DNA of 64,000 bases, taken from positions 10,912,001-10,976,000 of the forward strand of contig NW_027361817.1 of the NCBI RefSeq assembly GCF_039654945.1, given 5' to 3'. This document shows positions 12,255 through 25,700 of this stretch, piece after piece. The stretch's first letter is position 1, and each line of letters starts with the position of its first letter. The DNA comes from Dendrobates tinctorius (taxonomy: Eukaryota). Below the pieces are notes generated by a model. It saw only the letters and a program-made list of their open reading frames with translations, searched no databases and was not told where the DNA came from. Position numbers and translations under genes: made by a program.

Positions 12255-12839
12255 TTCTCTTCACCATGGAGATTATTCTGCGATCATCCACCACTGTTGT
12301 CTTCCATGGATGCCCAGGTCTTTTAACATTGATGAGTTCACCAGTGCTTTCTTTCTTTCTCAGGATGTACCAAACTGTAGATTTTGCCACTCCTAATGTA
12401 GCAATTTCTCAGATGGGTTTTTTCTGTTTTTGCAGCTTAAGGATGGCTTGTTTCACCTGCATGGAGAGCTCTTTGACTGCATGTTTCCTTCACAGCAAAA
12501 CCTTCCAAATGCAAGCACCACACCTCATATCAACTCCAGGCCTCTTATCTGCTTAATTGAGAATGACATAACGAAGGGATTGCCAACACCTGTCCATGAA
12601 ATAGCCTTGGAGTCAATTGTCCAATTACTTTTGGTCCCTTTAAAAACAGGGTGGCACATGTTAAGGAGCTGAAACTCCTAAACCCTTCATCCAATTTTAA
12701 TGTGGATACCCTCAAATGAAAGCTGAAAGTCTGAACTTCAACTGCATCTGAATTGTTTTGTTTAAAATTCATTGTGGTAATGTCTAGAACCAAAATTAGA
12801 AAAATGTTGTCTCTGTCCAAAAATATATGGACCTAACTG
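12255..12839 (-). mobile_element. Tc1 5' fragment (TIR plus N-terminal transposase)
   Basis: ...GGACCTAACTG|TA end; AKSTVWYILRKKESTGEL...DDRRIISMVK HTH remnant. Confidence 0.8.
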
Positions 12840-13574
12840 TAATTGCCACTAGGAAAACCACTTTCCAAGAGTGAAAAGGTAGTGATACATCCTGCAGTGG
12901 TTCAAAAGGAGCATCCTGTAAGGCTCCAAGGACTAAGTTAAGATCCCATGATTCCAACTTTTATAGGGAGGCGCCATATGGGAAACTCCCTGAATCAACG
13001 TCTTCACCTTCAATCTGGTGGCAATTTTGCGTTGGAATAGAACTGACAAAGCTGAAATTTGATCTTTGAGCGAGCTAAGCGCGAGACCTGACTCTAATCC
13101 AGATTATAGGAATTCCAATATGGAAGGAATGGAGAACACCAGAGGGGAACATCCATGGTCGTTGCACCACGAGAAGAAGGTTTTCCAGGTGTGGTGATAA
13201 ATGCGCATGGACACGGGCTTCCTAACACTAATCATGGTGGAGATCACCTCCTGAGAGAAACCAGCTTGAGCTAAAATCCAGGATTCAATGGCCACGCCGT
13301 CAACGACAGGGCCCCGGAGTTCTGGTGGTAAATCGGGCCCTGTGAGAGTAGATCAATGCGATCTGGAAGTCGCCAGGGAATGTCGGCGACAAGTTGGACT
13401 AGTTCTGCGTACCATGCCCGGCGCAGCCAATCCGGCGTGACTAGGATCACTGGTACCCCCTCTGCTCTGATTTTCTTGATGACCCTTGGAAGCAAGGTAA
13501 GAGAGGGAAAAATGTACGGGAGTTGAAACCGGTGCCACGGCAGAACTATGGCGTCTGCTCCGATGGCGCATGGA

Positions 13575-14595
13575 TGTAGTGTGAATATAAAAATGGCTAT
13601 TTTGAGTCCATATATTGAAATATACAGACTGCATTTAGACCAGGACAGAGCTGCATTTCTAGTCAAACAATTACAGACAAGATAATGGTTACAGTGACAA
13701 TCTTGAGAATCTATGTTTGCTGTTTGTCCTTGTAAAACATAAAGGTTTATTCAACCTCTGTCTGTGGTGAGTTTATCAGACCATTAGCTGCATTTCTGAT
13801 GTGATGTTTCCACAGGACACAATGTCGAGTATATTAAAAGACAATGCTTGTTGAAACAGTATGTTTAATCTTGATTACTGGAAAGAATTAACCTTTGTGT
13901 ACGCTGTTGACTTACTTGAATTTTAAGAGCAGCGAATGGTGTGAGTATACTGACAAGGCATCACCTGATATTTGTGTCATATGGGGGTTAAACGTGGACC
14001 AGGCATATAGACAATTGCACATTATTGTACATAAGGCTATAGAAATATGGCTGGGGAAGCCTAATGTAGATGCAGGAATATAGGTGGCGACCTGAAACCC
14101 ATTATAGTGTATTCAATCTTAAAGATCTCTTTAACTGTAGTCTGAAATATATATATTTTGTGCTAGGGTTCTGATCATTGTGTAAACCTTTGTTTAAAGC
14201 ATATAAAAGCTGGTGAAGCAGTCACTGAAGGCAGAAGCTTTTGTGGACCTGTGTAAGGGGACACTTCGCAGTGTAGATCCTAGGAAGCATTCTCTGTCTT
14301 CGCTGACCGCTTCTCCAGCTGAATTATTTCCGGACAGATGACGTAAATGCCCCTAGTGAAGACTCTTTCTCTTCTTCTTTCTGATGTGAGTATATGTACC
14401 GAAACCTTTGTAGTCTGAATATATATAAGTATATGCAATATCATACTATTTTCTATTTCCGTAATTGCTATATCATTGTCATATATTCCATTAATTTTGT
14501 GTTTTTATCATTTAAATTAATCATTGTATAATAAAATTGTGTCATATCCAAGTGGTGCCTTCTTTAAAGCCATATCCGAACCTCATTGCTAAACA
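13575..14595 (+). mobile_element. LTR of about 1 kb (ERV/Gypsy-like) replacing part of DIRS A
   Basis: TGTAGTG...CATTGCTAAACA termini, TATAAAA near 14202, AATAAA near 14530, followed by GTTGGC (PBS-like stub); DIRS sequence deleted across the site; no TSD. Confidence 0.55.
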
Positions 14596-15968
14596 GTTGG
14601 CAATACACCTTGGTAAAGACTCTGGGGGCGGTGGCGAGTCCGAAAGGCAAAGCAACGAACTGGAAGTGTTCCTTGCAAATTGCGAAGCGCAGGAACTGCT
14701 GGTGGGATGGACAAATTGGGATATGATGGTAAGCATCCTTGATATCGATGGATGCTAGGAACTCTCCTCTTTCCATGGAGGCGACGACTGAACGGAGAGA
14801 TTCCATTCTGAATCGCCATACCTTGCCAAAATGATTTACCAGCTTGAGGTCCAGTATGAGCCACATCGTTCCATCCTTCTTTGGAACCACAAAAATGTTT
14901 GAATAAAAACCCTTGAACCTTTCGTCCTGAGGGACCAGAATAATGACTTTGTCCCTTTGCAGCGCATGAACGGCCCGAAGGAAAGCTGTTGTCTTTGCTT
15001 TGGGAGGTGAGGACCGGAAAAAACGTGTCAGAGGGGGGGAAGAGAACTCTATTTTGTGTCCAGAGGACACCAGCTCTCTGACCCACTCGTCGTGGACAAC
15101 CGCGAGCCAGGCCTGACTGAACGAAAGTAGATGACTGCCTACTTTGTCGGTGTCCGCCGGATACCGCAACAAGTCACTGTTTAGAGAATCTATGGGATCT
15201 GGCTCCCCTAGTTCCAGATGTCCTTGGTCTGGGTTTCCAGGAGCGGTTAGGTCTGTATGAGACCTGGGAACCTCTGTCTCCACACGGGGGCCGACCTGAT
15301 CCAGAAGAGAAGGTTGTGGAGGACCAACTGGAATTGTTGCGAAAAGGCCGAAAACGAGTTGGCTGTAGATTCCAAAACGGCCGGACGAGCCTTTGTTGGG
15401 GAAGGAATTTACTCTCCCCCCGGTAGCATCAGAAATGAGCTGATCCAGTTTCTCTCCAAATAGGCGACCAGTTTAATAAGGCAGAGAAGTCGACGATCTT
15501 TTGGAAGTGGAGTCCGCCCGCCACTCGCGGAGCCATAGGGCCCTTCTAATGGAGACTGCATTTGCGGCTGCCTGTGCAGCGCAATTGGCGGCATCTAAAG
15601 AAGTGTCCACTACAAAGTCTCCTGCGTGAACTATCTGACTGGCGAGACTGGCTGCTTCCGAAGGTTGCTATCCTGGATGGCAGTAACTAACACTTCTGCA
15701 CAAGCGGCCATAGCCTTAGCCACCCAAGTCGCCGTGAAAGATGGAAAGAGTGACGCTCCTGAAGCTTCAAAAACTGAGCGAGCAAGGTAGTCAATTTGAC
15801 AATCAGAGGAATTTCTGACTGAAGGACCTTCAGAAATGGATAGAAGAGTTTTGAAAGCAAGACAAGATATAGGAGGGTCCACAGAAGGGGACTGTAACCA
15901 ATCCTTCATTAGTTCTGGAGCAAAAGGGTATTTAGCCTCAATAGGCTTTTGACCTGAGAACCGTTTAC

Positions 15969-16756
15969 TGTATGTGGCCGGTCCCTGTGTCTTGTAAGGT
16001 AGCGCTTGTTATTCGGGTTGGGGATACTCGCTTTGCAGCCAAATAACCAGGTCCGGCACGGGTTTTTCATAAAACATTAACATAGTCCATGCGGTTTAAT
16101 CATCATTAACCAAAGCAATATGCAACAGTCTTATAGCAGACAGCAGGGTATCTTCACAGTGGAGCTCTACTCCTGTTAGCCCTCTGGTCAGACAGGCTGT
16201 GCTTCATACAGCCAATAGGCTATACAGTCTCTTAGTTACAATCCTGTGTCTGGGTTACGTCTTAGCGGCTTCACCACACTGCAGACGTCCATTCCCTCCA
16301 GGGAACTGTCAGACACACATCGCCATTACTCACAGCATCCACACGTGCACTCAGGAAGGCAGCCACATCTTCCAGCACGTCAGCTAGACGAGACCTTCCA
16401 TACGGACCAACCGGGTCCAGGCATTCACTCATGTGACCTACCCTGGTCATCTTATATGGTCCGTAGCCACGCCCACCGGATCACATGGCTATGACCTCAT
16501 CGCAAGTCCTACAACCATTCACAGGTGCCACCCATCTCACCAACCACCTGAAGGCTTCTCCCTGACACATTGTCCCAGAAACATCAGCAGTACCGCTGCT
16601 GATCAATACATAATCAAGCCTTCATCCCAAGGCCACCCACCTTGGGATACATAATGGTCCTTTAGCACCCTACTCCTCTTACTACACTGGATATGCCTGT
16701 ACACCCAACCTGGGACACCCACACAGCACCCCCTAGTGGACACAGTGGTCACTACA
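15969..16756 (-). mobile_element. Solo LTR inserted in DIRS A gag
   Basis: TGTA...TACA termini, non-coding interior interrupting gag; TSD not clear. Confidence 0.55.
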
Positions 16757-17639
16757 CCACAGTCTCTGGACAGTGCTCTTAAACTATGGATGGCTGGCAA
16801 ATACCCTGTGCACAAGTTTAGTCTTCTTAAAGGAAACAACGTGTTCTGGAGCAGGAATACTCTCCTCGTCCAACCTCAGAATTGACTGACTCTATAAGAG
16901 AATCAAGCGATTCTTGGTCATTTGGGGGATTCTGAGGTACTGACATGTCAGACTCGTATTCAGAGTCTTGCTCACTGCGAACATTAGGAGAGGGAGAGCG
17001 AGAGACAGAGCTCACAGATGCTGAAGCGCGAGCGTGACTAGGGGACGTGTCATGGGTCCGCTTTCTAGTGACCTGACCATCCCTTTACCGAGTAGGACCC
17101 CTGCTGGTGGACGGTTCCCAGCTGTCGCCAGAGCCCTCCTTGGTCGGCAAAGGCACGCTCTGACTTAAAGAGTCCCGAAGGGAGTCTATAGCCTTGGTCA
17201 GTGACTCCACAGACCGTGACAGGGACGCAGCCCATTCAAGGGGACTAAATTCAGAGGGCGCTGTGGTGGCGGCGGCGGATGGCACTTGAGCACAAGCCGG
17301 GTCGCAATCCGTGCATAATGGATTAGTTTGGGCACTGGGCAAGGCAGTCTTGCAAGTGGCACAAGAGGTAAAGAACGCAGTGTGCTTCTTAGTAGCCCTT
17401 TTGGCTTCCTTAGATTGAGACATAGTGCCCCTAAAGGGTTACAGGCAGAGCCTGGACTGCAGATAATGTAAATGTGCAGAGAAGGGGTTAAGCTTTCTTC
17501 CTAAGGCAGATGCAGTTTACTCAGGGTCCTGATGCTGTGTCCCCAGGAGAAATATCGGTGGCCCTCCAGAGTCGCCAGGTGCTGTCAGTCAATGCGCGCC
17601 TCCCACAGCTGTCACAGAGCAGGCTGAGGCAAAAGACAA

Positions 17640-18231
17640 TGTAGCTGTCTCGCGTGACGCTACGTCATCTGGGGTCATTGTCGCAAGGTATCGCTGGGAA
17701 CGGGACTTGCCGCGAGCATTGCTGAGGCCTTGGGACACTGCGTGGGACGTCGGAAGGTGAGAATAACACGATTTTTTTTATTATTATTATTTTTAACATT
17801 ATATCTTTTTGCTATTGATGCTGCATAGGCAGCCTCATAGTAAAAAGTTGGTCTCACTAGTCAAACATCGTTGTGGCCTGGGAACGCTGAAGGGGATGCC
17901 GGAAGGTGAGAATATCACAATTTTTTATTTTTTTTATAGTTTTTAACATTATATATTTTTACTATGAGGCATAGGCAGCCTCATAGTAAAAAGTTGGTCT
18001 CACTAGTCAAACACTATGTTTGAGGAGTGTGACCAACCTGGCAATCAATTTTCCAAGCAATGCTACAGATCGCTTGGAAAACACTAGCATTCTGCAAGCT
18101 AAATTACGCTTGCAAAACGCTAGTTTTTCATGGGAATTCCGCATGCGGATTTCTCGCGTATTTCCCGCGGCAGGGAGTTGCAGAATTCCCGTGGAAATTT
18201 CCATGGAAATTCCGCATGTGTGCACATAGCC
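17640..18231. mobile_element. Harbinger-type non-autonomous element fragment with an internal tandem duplication
   Basis: Ends GTGTGCACATAGCC; duplicated block GGTGAGAAT...TAGTAAAAAGTTGGTCTCACTAGTCAAACA. Confidence 0.5.
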
Positions 18232-18603
18232 TGAAGGAGTGTGTAATCTAGGGACTAAGAGAAGGGCAATTACAGTACAGGGGGTGGGGATCGTGTATGG
18301 GGGTGGATTGGGGGGAGGTGAGATAACAGTTAATACAGAGAGGAGGAATAGATATGGGAACAGGCATAAAGTGCATATATACTAATGCCAGAAACCTCAC
18401 AATCAAGATAAAGAAAATTAGAATGTTTTTCAAAGAACATTATGATATCATGGAGATAGCAGGGACATGGCGGGATGGGAGCTATGACTGGGCTGGTAAT
18501 CTACAGGGCAACAGTCTGTTCAGGAATGACCGTACAAATAAGCGAGGGGGAGGGGTATATTTATATGTAAAATCACCTCTAATGTCCATTCAGCATGATA
18601 ATA

Positions 18604-20806
18604 CAGTCATGCCAAAACTGTCGGCACCCTTGATATTGTTCCAGAAAATTGTTGCAATTGCACATATTTTGTTAAATACATGTTTATTTCCTTTGCATGT
18701 ATTGTAACAACACAAATAAAAAGAAAAAAAGGCACATTGTACATCCTTTCACACAAAACCTCATAAATGAGCCAGACAAAATTGTTGGTAAATGCACACA
18801 AAATTGTTGGCACCCTCAACTTAATATTTGGTTGTACCCCTTTTGGAATAAATAACTGCAATCAATCGCTTCCTATAACTATCAACAAGCTTCTTACACC
18901 TCTCAACTGTAATTTTGGACCACTCTTCTTTTACAAACGGCTCCAGGTGTAACATATTTGAAGGCTGTCTTCTCCCAACAGCAATTTTAAAGAGAAGCTT
19001 GTCACCCTTTTCTTTGCCTATCAGCTGCCGGCATTGACATCAGGGGCTTAGATAACTACAGCATTCTGTAATGCTGTAGATAAGCCCCCGATGTAACCTG
19101 AAAGATAAGAAAAACACATTAGATTATACTCACCGGAGGGGGCGGTCCGGTCTGATGGGTGTGGCAGTCCGGTCCGATGCCTCCCATCTACATACAATGC
19201 CATTCTCTTCTTTCCTTCCTGTCGTGGCTTCGGCGCAGGCGCACTGCTCTGCCCTGTTGAGGGCAGAGCAGAATACTGCAGTGGACAGGCGCCAGACCTC
19301 TCCCGACGCCTGCACACTGCAGGACTCTGCTCTGCCCTCAACAGGGCAGAGCAGTATGCCTGCGCCGGAGCCAGGACAGGAAGGAAAGAAGAGGATGGCA
19401 TCGCTAGAAGATGGGAGGCACCAGACAGTGACACCCATCGGACCGGATCGCCCCCTCCGGTAAGTATAATCTAATGTGTTTTTCTTATCTTTCAGGTTAC
19501 ATCGGGGATTTATCTACAGCATTACAGAATGCTGTAGATAAGCACCTGATGTCAATGCCGGCAGCTGATAGTCAAAAAAAAGGGTGACAGATTCCCTTTA
19601 AGATCTCGCTACAGGTATTCAATGAGATTTAGAAACAGACTCATGGCTGACCAGTTCAGAAGTCTCTAGAGCTTTGTTTTCATCAATTTCTGGGAGCTTC
19701 TTGAAGTATGTTTGGGATCTTTGTCTAACTGGAAGACCAATGACCTAGGACTCAAACCCAGCTTTCTGACACTGGGCACTACATTGCGACCTAAAATCCT
19801 TTGGTAATCTTCAGATTTCATCATGCCTTGCACACAGTCAAAGCACACAGTGGAGGAGGCACCAAAACATCTTTGAATCTCCATTATATTTGACTGAAGG
19901 TCTTGTGTTCTATTCTTCCTCATCCTGTTTTCGGTAAACAGTAGAATGATGTGGTATACCAAACAACTCTATCTTGGTCTCATCTGTCCACAAGATGCTT
20001 TCCAGGAAGGATTTTGACTTATATAAATTTTGGCAAACTGCATTCTAGCTTTCTTTATGTTTCTATGTCAGTAGTGGGGTCCTCCTGGGTCTCCTGCCAT
20101 AGCTTTTCATTTCATTCAAATGTAGAAAGTTTGTGCTGACTCTGATGCACCCTGAGCCTAAAGGACAGCTTGAATTTGTTTGTAATTTGATTTGGGCTGC
20201 TATCCACCATCCAAATTATTTTGCCATGCAACCTTTCATCAATTTTTCCTAACCATCCACGTCCATGGGGATTAGCTACAATGCCATTGTTTTTAAACTT
20301 CTTTGATTATGTTGCGCATCATGGACAAAGGAACATCAAGATCTCTGGAGATGGACTTGTAAGATAGAGATTGTTGATATTTTTCAAACTTTTAGTCCTC
20401 AAGTCTTCAGTTCTCTTATCCTCTTTCTGTTCTCCATGCTTAGTGTGGCAAACACAAACAAACGATGCAAAGACTGAGCCAACTTCTCCCTTTTTTTTAT
20501 CTGGTTTCAGGTGAGATTTTCATATTGCCCACACCTGTTACTTGCCAAACGTGAGTTTGAATGAGCATCACATGCTTGAAACAAAGTTGGTTACCCACAA
20601 TTTTGTCCGGCCCTTTTTAGGGGGGGTTTGTGTTAAATTTTGTTCAATTTGCCTTTTTTTCTCTGTTTTTTTTTGTGCTGTTCAAATATACACAAAAGAA
20701 ATAAACATGTATATAACACAACATATTTAATTGCAATAATTTTCTGGGAGAAATACTTTATTTTCTGGAGCAATTTCAAGGGTGCCAACACTTTCAGCCA
20801 TGACTG
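18604..20806 (-). mobile_element. Decayed Tc1 element
   Basis: TA|CAGTCATG... and ...CATGACTG|TA TIRs; MKSEDYQRIL...LDKDPKHTS remnant. Confidence 0.85.
18991..19597. mobile_element. Palindromic T2/Kolobok-type MITE nested in Tc1
   Basis: TTAA TSD on both sides; AG(A/G)GAA...GTCACCC termini; near-perfect 600-bp fold-back. Confidence 0.85.
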
Positions 20807-20948
20807 TATATGTGAGGCCAACGAAAATGTAAAATCTCTATGACTAGAAATAAAGGAAAAGACAAAGAATAATAAAAGGAAAGTAAACATGAGTTTGATA
20901 ATAATAAAAGACAATTACCTTTCTAATATTCAATGATTCCATAATAAT

Positions 20949-21784
20949 CCCTTGGGGTGATCCTCGACTCTGCGCTCTCTTTCAAACCACATATCCAAGC
21001 TCTCGCCTCCTCCTGCCGCCTCAAACTCAAAAATATTTCCCGGATCCGCTCATTCCTCAACCACGAAACCACAAAAACACTAGTGCATGCTCTTATCTCC
21101 CGCCTCGCCTACTGCAACCTCCTACTCTCTGGTCTCCCTCTAGCACTCTGGCTCCGCTCCAGTCCATCCTACACTCTGCTGCCTGACTAATCCACCTGTT
21201 TCCCCGCTATTCCCCAGCCGCCCCCCTATGCCAGGCCCTTCACTGGCTTCCTATTGCCCAGAGGCTCCAATTCAAAACCCTAACCATGACATACAAAGCC
21301 ATCCACAACCTGTCTCCTCCATACATCTGTGACATGATCTCTAGGTACCTACCCGCACGCAACCTTCGATCATCTCAAGATCTCCTTCTCTACTCCCCCT
21401 TATCTCTTCTTCCCACAACCGCATACAAGACTTCTCCCGTGCTTCCCCCATACTCTGGAACTCTCTGCCGCAACACATCAGACTCTCACCATCAACGGAA
21501 CCCTTCAAGAAGAACCTGAAGACCCACCTATTCCGACAAGCCTACAGCCTGCAATGATCCTCGGTCTAGTGAACCACCGCACGACCTGCTCTACCCTCTC
21601 CTACTATATCCTCACCCATCCCTGTAGACTGTGAGCCCTCGCGGGCAGGGTCCCCTCTCCTTATGTACTTGTGCGTCCCTTGTCTTACACATGTTTATTA
21701 TAATTGTCTATATTTCCCCTTTTCACATGTAAAGCGCCATGGAATAAATGGCGCTATATAAATGCATAATAATAATAATAATAA
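20949..21784 (+). mobile_element. L2 LINE 3' fragment
   Basis: LGVILDSALSFKPHI...LVHAL.ISRLAYCN..., LHWLP motif; (TAA)n tail. Confidence 0.85.
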
Positions 21785-22712
21785 CAGGGTCTTTACTACA
21801 GGACTGGCGCATAGGAAATGTGCAGCCAATATTTAAAAAGGAGACAAAATCTGAGCATGGAAATTATAGGTAAGTCTAGCTTCCGTGGGCAAAATCTTTG
21901 AGGGTTTTCTATAAGAATAACCACATGACCCAACATCCATATGGGTGTATGAGGGACCGGTCCTGTCAAACATATCTTATTAGATTACATGAGGAAATAA
22001 GTTCCAGACTGGTCCAGGGTAACACCATGGATGTTGTCTATCTGGACTTTTAAAAGTCATTTGATACACTGCCACATAAAAAGGCTGATAGATAGAATGT
22101 AATTAGGGGAAAATATGTGAAATTAATTAACTGTCTCAGTGAGAAGAAACAGAGGCTGGTTATTATGGAACACTCTCAGATAGGTTAAAAGTGGGGTGTT
22201 GTTAATGTTCAAATGTATGAAGGCACAGTACAGAGATCTTTCTAATACTCTTTTTACACTACACCTATGCCTGCAACAATGATAAGGGGGCATCCTCTTA
22301 GTGTAGAGGAAAGAAAGTTTAATCCTAATCACAGACTGAGATTCTTTGCTGTAAGAGCAGTGAGACTGTGGAGCTCTCTGCCACGATGATATTGTAATTG
22401 TTGATTCACTTAAAAAGTACAAGAAAGGCTTGGATGCCTTTCCTGAAAAATATAATTTTACAGGTTATATCCAGGGAACTAGTCTCAGTGGGGTATGTGG
22501 AGTCAGATAGGAATTTTTTTTACAGATGCAGTTCGTGTATCACAAGGATACAAGCCACGGTCATAAAGGTAGGCTTAAAGTGAACCTGACAGCTGTAGTG
22601 TGCAGCCCAATCCATGGACAGTACGGTATGTATCAGACTCTGGCTGTATGAACACAGCTAGGAATATTTGACTCTGAAATGTTGCAGTGTTTCAGAGAAA
22701 AAGGTACTTTAA

Positions 22713-25700
22713 CCCCTTTACCCCCAAGGGTGGTTTGCACGTTCATGACCTGGCCAATTTTTACAATTCTGACCACTGTCCCTTTATGAGGTAATAACTT
22801 TACGCTTCCATGGATCCCGGTGATTCTGACAGTGTTTTCTCGTGACATATTATACTTCATGTTAATGGTAAAGTTTCATTCAAATAACTTGTGTTTATTT
22901 GTGAAAAAAATGGAAATTTGGCGAAAATTTTGAAAATTTCGCAATTTTCCAACTTTGAATTTTTATGCCCTTAAATCACAGAGATACGGCACACAAAAAA
23001 ATTAATAAGTAACATTTCCCACATGTTTACTTTACATCAGCACAATTTTGGAACCAAAATCTTTTTTTCGTTAGGAAGTTATAAGGGTTAAAAGTTAACC
23101 AGCGATTTCTCATTTTTGCAACACCATTTTATTTTTACGGACCACATCACATTTGAAGTCACTTTAAGGGGTCTATATGATAGAAAATCCCCAAAAGTGA
23201 CACCATTCTAAAAACTGCACCTCTCAAGGTGCTGAAAACCACATTCAAGAAGTTTATTAACCCTTCAGGTGCTTCACAGGAATTTTTTGAATGTTTAAAA
23301 AAAAATTAACATTTAACTTTTTTTCACAAAAAAATGTACTTCAGGTCCAATTTTTTTAATTTGACCAAGGGTAACAGGAGAAATTAGACTGCAAAAGTTA
23401 TTGTGCAATTTGTCCTGAGTACGCTGATACCTGATATGTGGGGGGAACCACTGTTTCGGCGCATGGCAGAGCTCAGAAGGGAAGGAGCGCCGTTTGACTT
23501 TTTCAATGCAAAATTGGCTGGAATTCAGATCGGACGCCATGTCACGCTTGGAGAGCCCCTGATGTACCGAAACAGTGGAAACCCCCACAAGTGACCCCAT
23601 TTTGGAAACTAGACCCCCCAAGGAACTTATCTAGATATGTGGTGAGAACTTTGAACTCACAAGGGCTTCACAGAAGTTTATAACGTACAGCCGTACAATT
23701 AAAAAATCATATTTTTTCCACAAAAATGATCTTTTCACCCCCAATTTTCTTTCCCAAGGGTAATAGGACCCTAAAAGTTATTGTGCAATTTGTCCTGAGT
23801 AAGCTGATACCCCATATGTAGGTGCAAATGACTATTTGGGCGCATGGCAGAGCTTGGAAGGGAAGCACCGCCATTTGACTTTTTTGGCTGGAATTGAGAT
23901 CGGACACCATGTCGAGTTTGGAAAGCCCCTGATGTACCAAAACAGTGGAAAACCCCCACAAATGACACCATTTTGGAAACTAGACCCTCTAATGAACTTA
24001 TCTAGATGTGTGGTGAGCACTTTGAACCCCCCAGTGCTTCATAGAAGCTTATAACGCCCAGGGATGAAAATAAAAAAAATCATATTTTTTCACAAACATG
24101 ATCTTTTAGTCCCCAAATTTTTTTATTTTCCCAAGGGTAACAGGAGAAATTGGACCCCAAAAGTTGTTGTCCAATTTGTCCTGAGTACCCTAATACCCCA
24201 TATGTGGGAGAAAACTACTGTATGGGCACACGTCGGGGCTCGGATGGGAAGTAGTGACGTTTTGGAATGCAAACTTTGATGGAATGGTCTGCTGGTGTCA
24301 TGTTGCCTTTGGAGAGCTCCTAATGTAACTAAACAGTGGAAACCCCCCACACGTGACCCCATTTTGGAAACTAGATCCCCTAAGGAACTTATCTAGATGT
24401 GTGGTGAGCACTTTGAACCCCCCAGTGCTTCATAGAAGCTTATAACGCCCGGGTGTGAAAATAAAAAAATCATATTTTTTCCACAAACATGATCTTTTAA
24501 TCCCCAATTTTTTTTATTTTCCCAAGGGTAACAGGAGAAATTGGACCCCAAAAGTTGTTGTCCAATATGTACTGAGTACCCTGATACCCCATATGTGGGA
24601 GAAAACTACTGTATGGGCACATGTCAGGGCTCGGAAGGGAAGTAGTGACATTTTGGAATGCAGACTTTGATGGAATGGTCTGCTGGTGTCATGTCGCGTT
24701 TGCAGAACCCCTGATGTACCTAAACAATAGAAACCCCCAGAAGTGACCCCATTTTGGAAACTAGACCCCCCTACGGAACTTATCTAGATGTGTGGTGAGC
24801 ACTTTGAACCCCCAAGTGCTTCACAGAAGTTTATAACGTCCGGGCGCGAAAATAAAAAAATCATATTTTTTTTCCACAAAAATGATATTTTTGCCCACAA
24901 TTTTTTATTTTTCTAAGGGTAACAGGAGAAATTGGACCCCAAAAGTTGTTTTGCAATTTGTCCTGAGTAGGCTGATACCTCATATGTGGGGGTAAACCAC
25001 TGTTTGGGCGCATGGCAGAGGTTGGAAGGGAAGGAGCACCATTTGACTTTTTCAACGCAGAATTGGCTGGAATTGAGATCAGACGCCATGTTGCGTTTGG
25101 AGAGCACCTGATGTGCCCTAACAGTAGAAACCCCCAAATTCTAACCCAACCCTAACCCCAACACACCCCTAACCCCAACACACCCCTAACCCTAATCTCA
25201 GCCCTAACCCTAGCCCTAACCCTAATGGGAAAATGGAAATAAATACATTTTTTTTTAAATTTTATTATTTTTCCCTAACTAAGGGGGTGATAATGGGGGT
25301 TTGATTTACTATTTATGGCGGGTTTTTATTTTTGGCAGCTGTCGCACGCTAAAAGACGCTTTTTATTGTAAAAATAGTTTTTGCATCACCACATTTTCAG
25401 ACCTATAATTTTTCCGTATTTTGACGCACAGAGTCATGTGAGGTCTTATTTTTTGCGGGACGAGTTGACGTTTTTACTGGTACCATTTTCGGGCACATGA
25501 CTTTTTTTATCGCTTTTTATTCCGATTTTTGGGACGCAGAATGAATAAAAACCAGCATTTCAAGAATTTCTTTTGGGGGGTGCGTTTACACCGTTCCGCA
25601 TGCGGTAAAATTGATAAGGCGGTTTTAGTCTTCGGGTCAGTATGGTTACAGCGATACCTCATTTATGTCATTTTTTTATGTTTTGGTGCTTTTATGCAAT

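Larger units (their letters stand above)
12842..17640 (-). mobile_element. Fragmented DIRS retrotransposon (copy A): gag Zn-finger/LAP2alpha-like, RT, methyltransferase-like and YR remnants, interrupted by two LTRs
   Basis: 17085-17423 CATC...LCTDC; 14606-15283 RT (LDLKLVN, IDIKDAY, LPFGLATAPRVFTKV); 13271-13575 YIFPSL..LLPRVIKKI..WLRRAWY; 12842-13295 YR N-terminal part; boundaries approximate. Confidence 0.8.
18340..22520 (+). mobile_element. Old CR1 LINE (endonuclease and RT remnants) split by Tc1 and L2 insertions
   Basis: KCIYTNARNL...YDI...GTW...SYDW endonuclease motif at 18354-18600; RT remnants (VVYLDF.KSFDT) at about 21790-22520. Confidence 0.7.

Noticed and set aside
19048-19463. 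Mirror-image ORFs on both strands (similarly 44010-44225 duplicated at 48857-49072)
   Set aside because: Products of a palindromic MITE and of the two LTR copies, respectively
25141-25225. Chromosome end or fusion scar
   Set aside because: Short, degenerate, single orientation and embedded in a transposon
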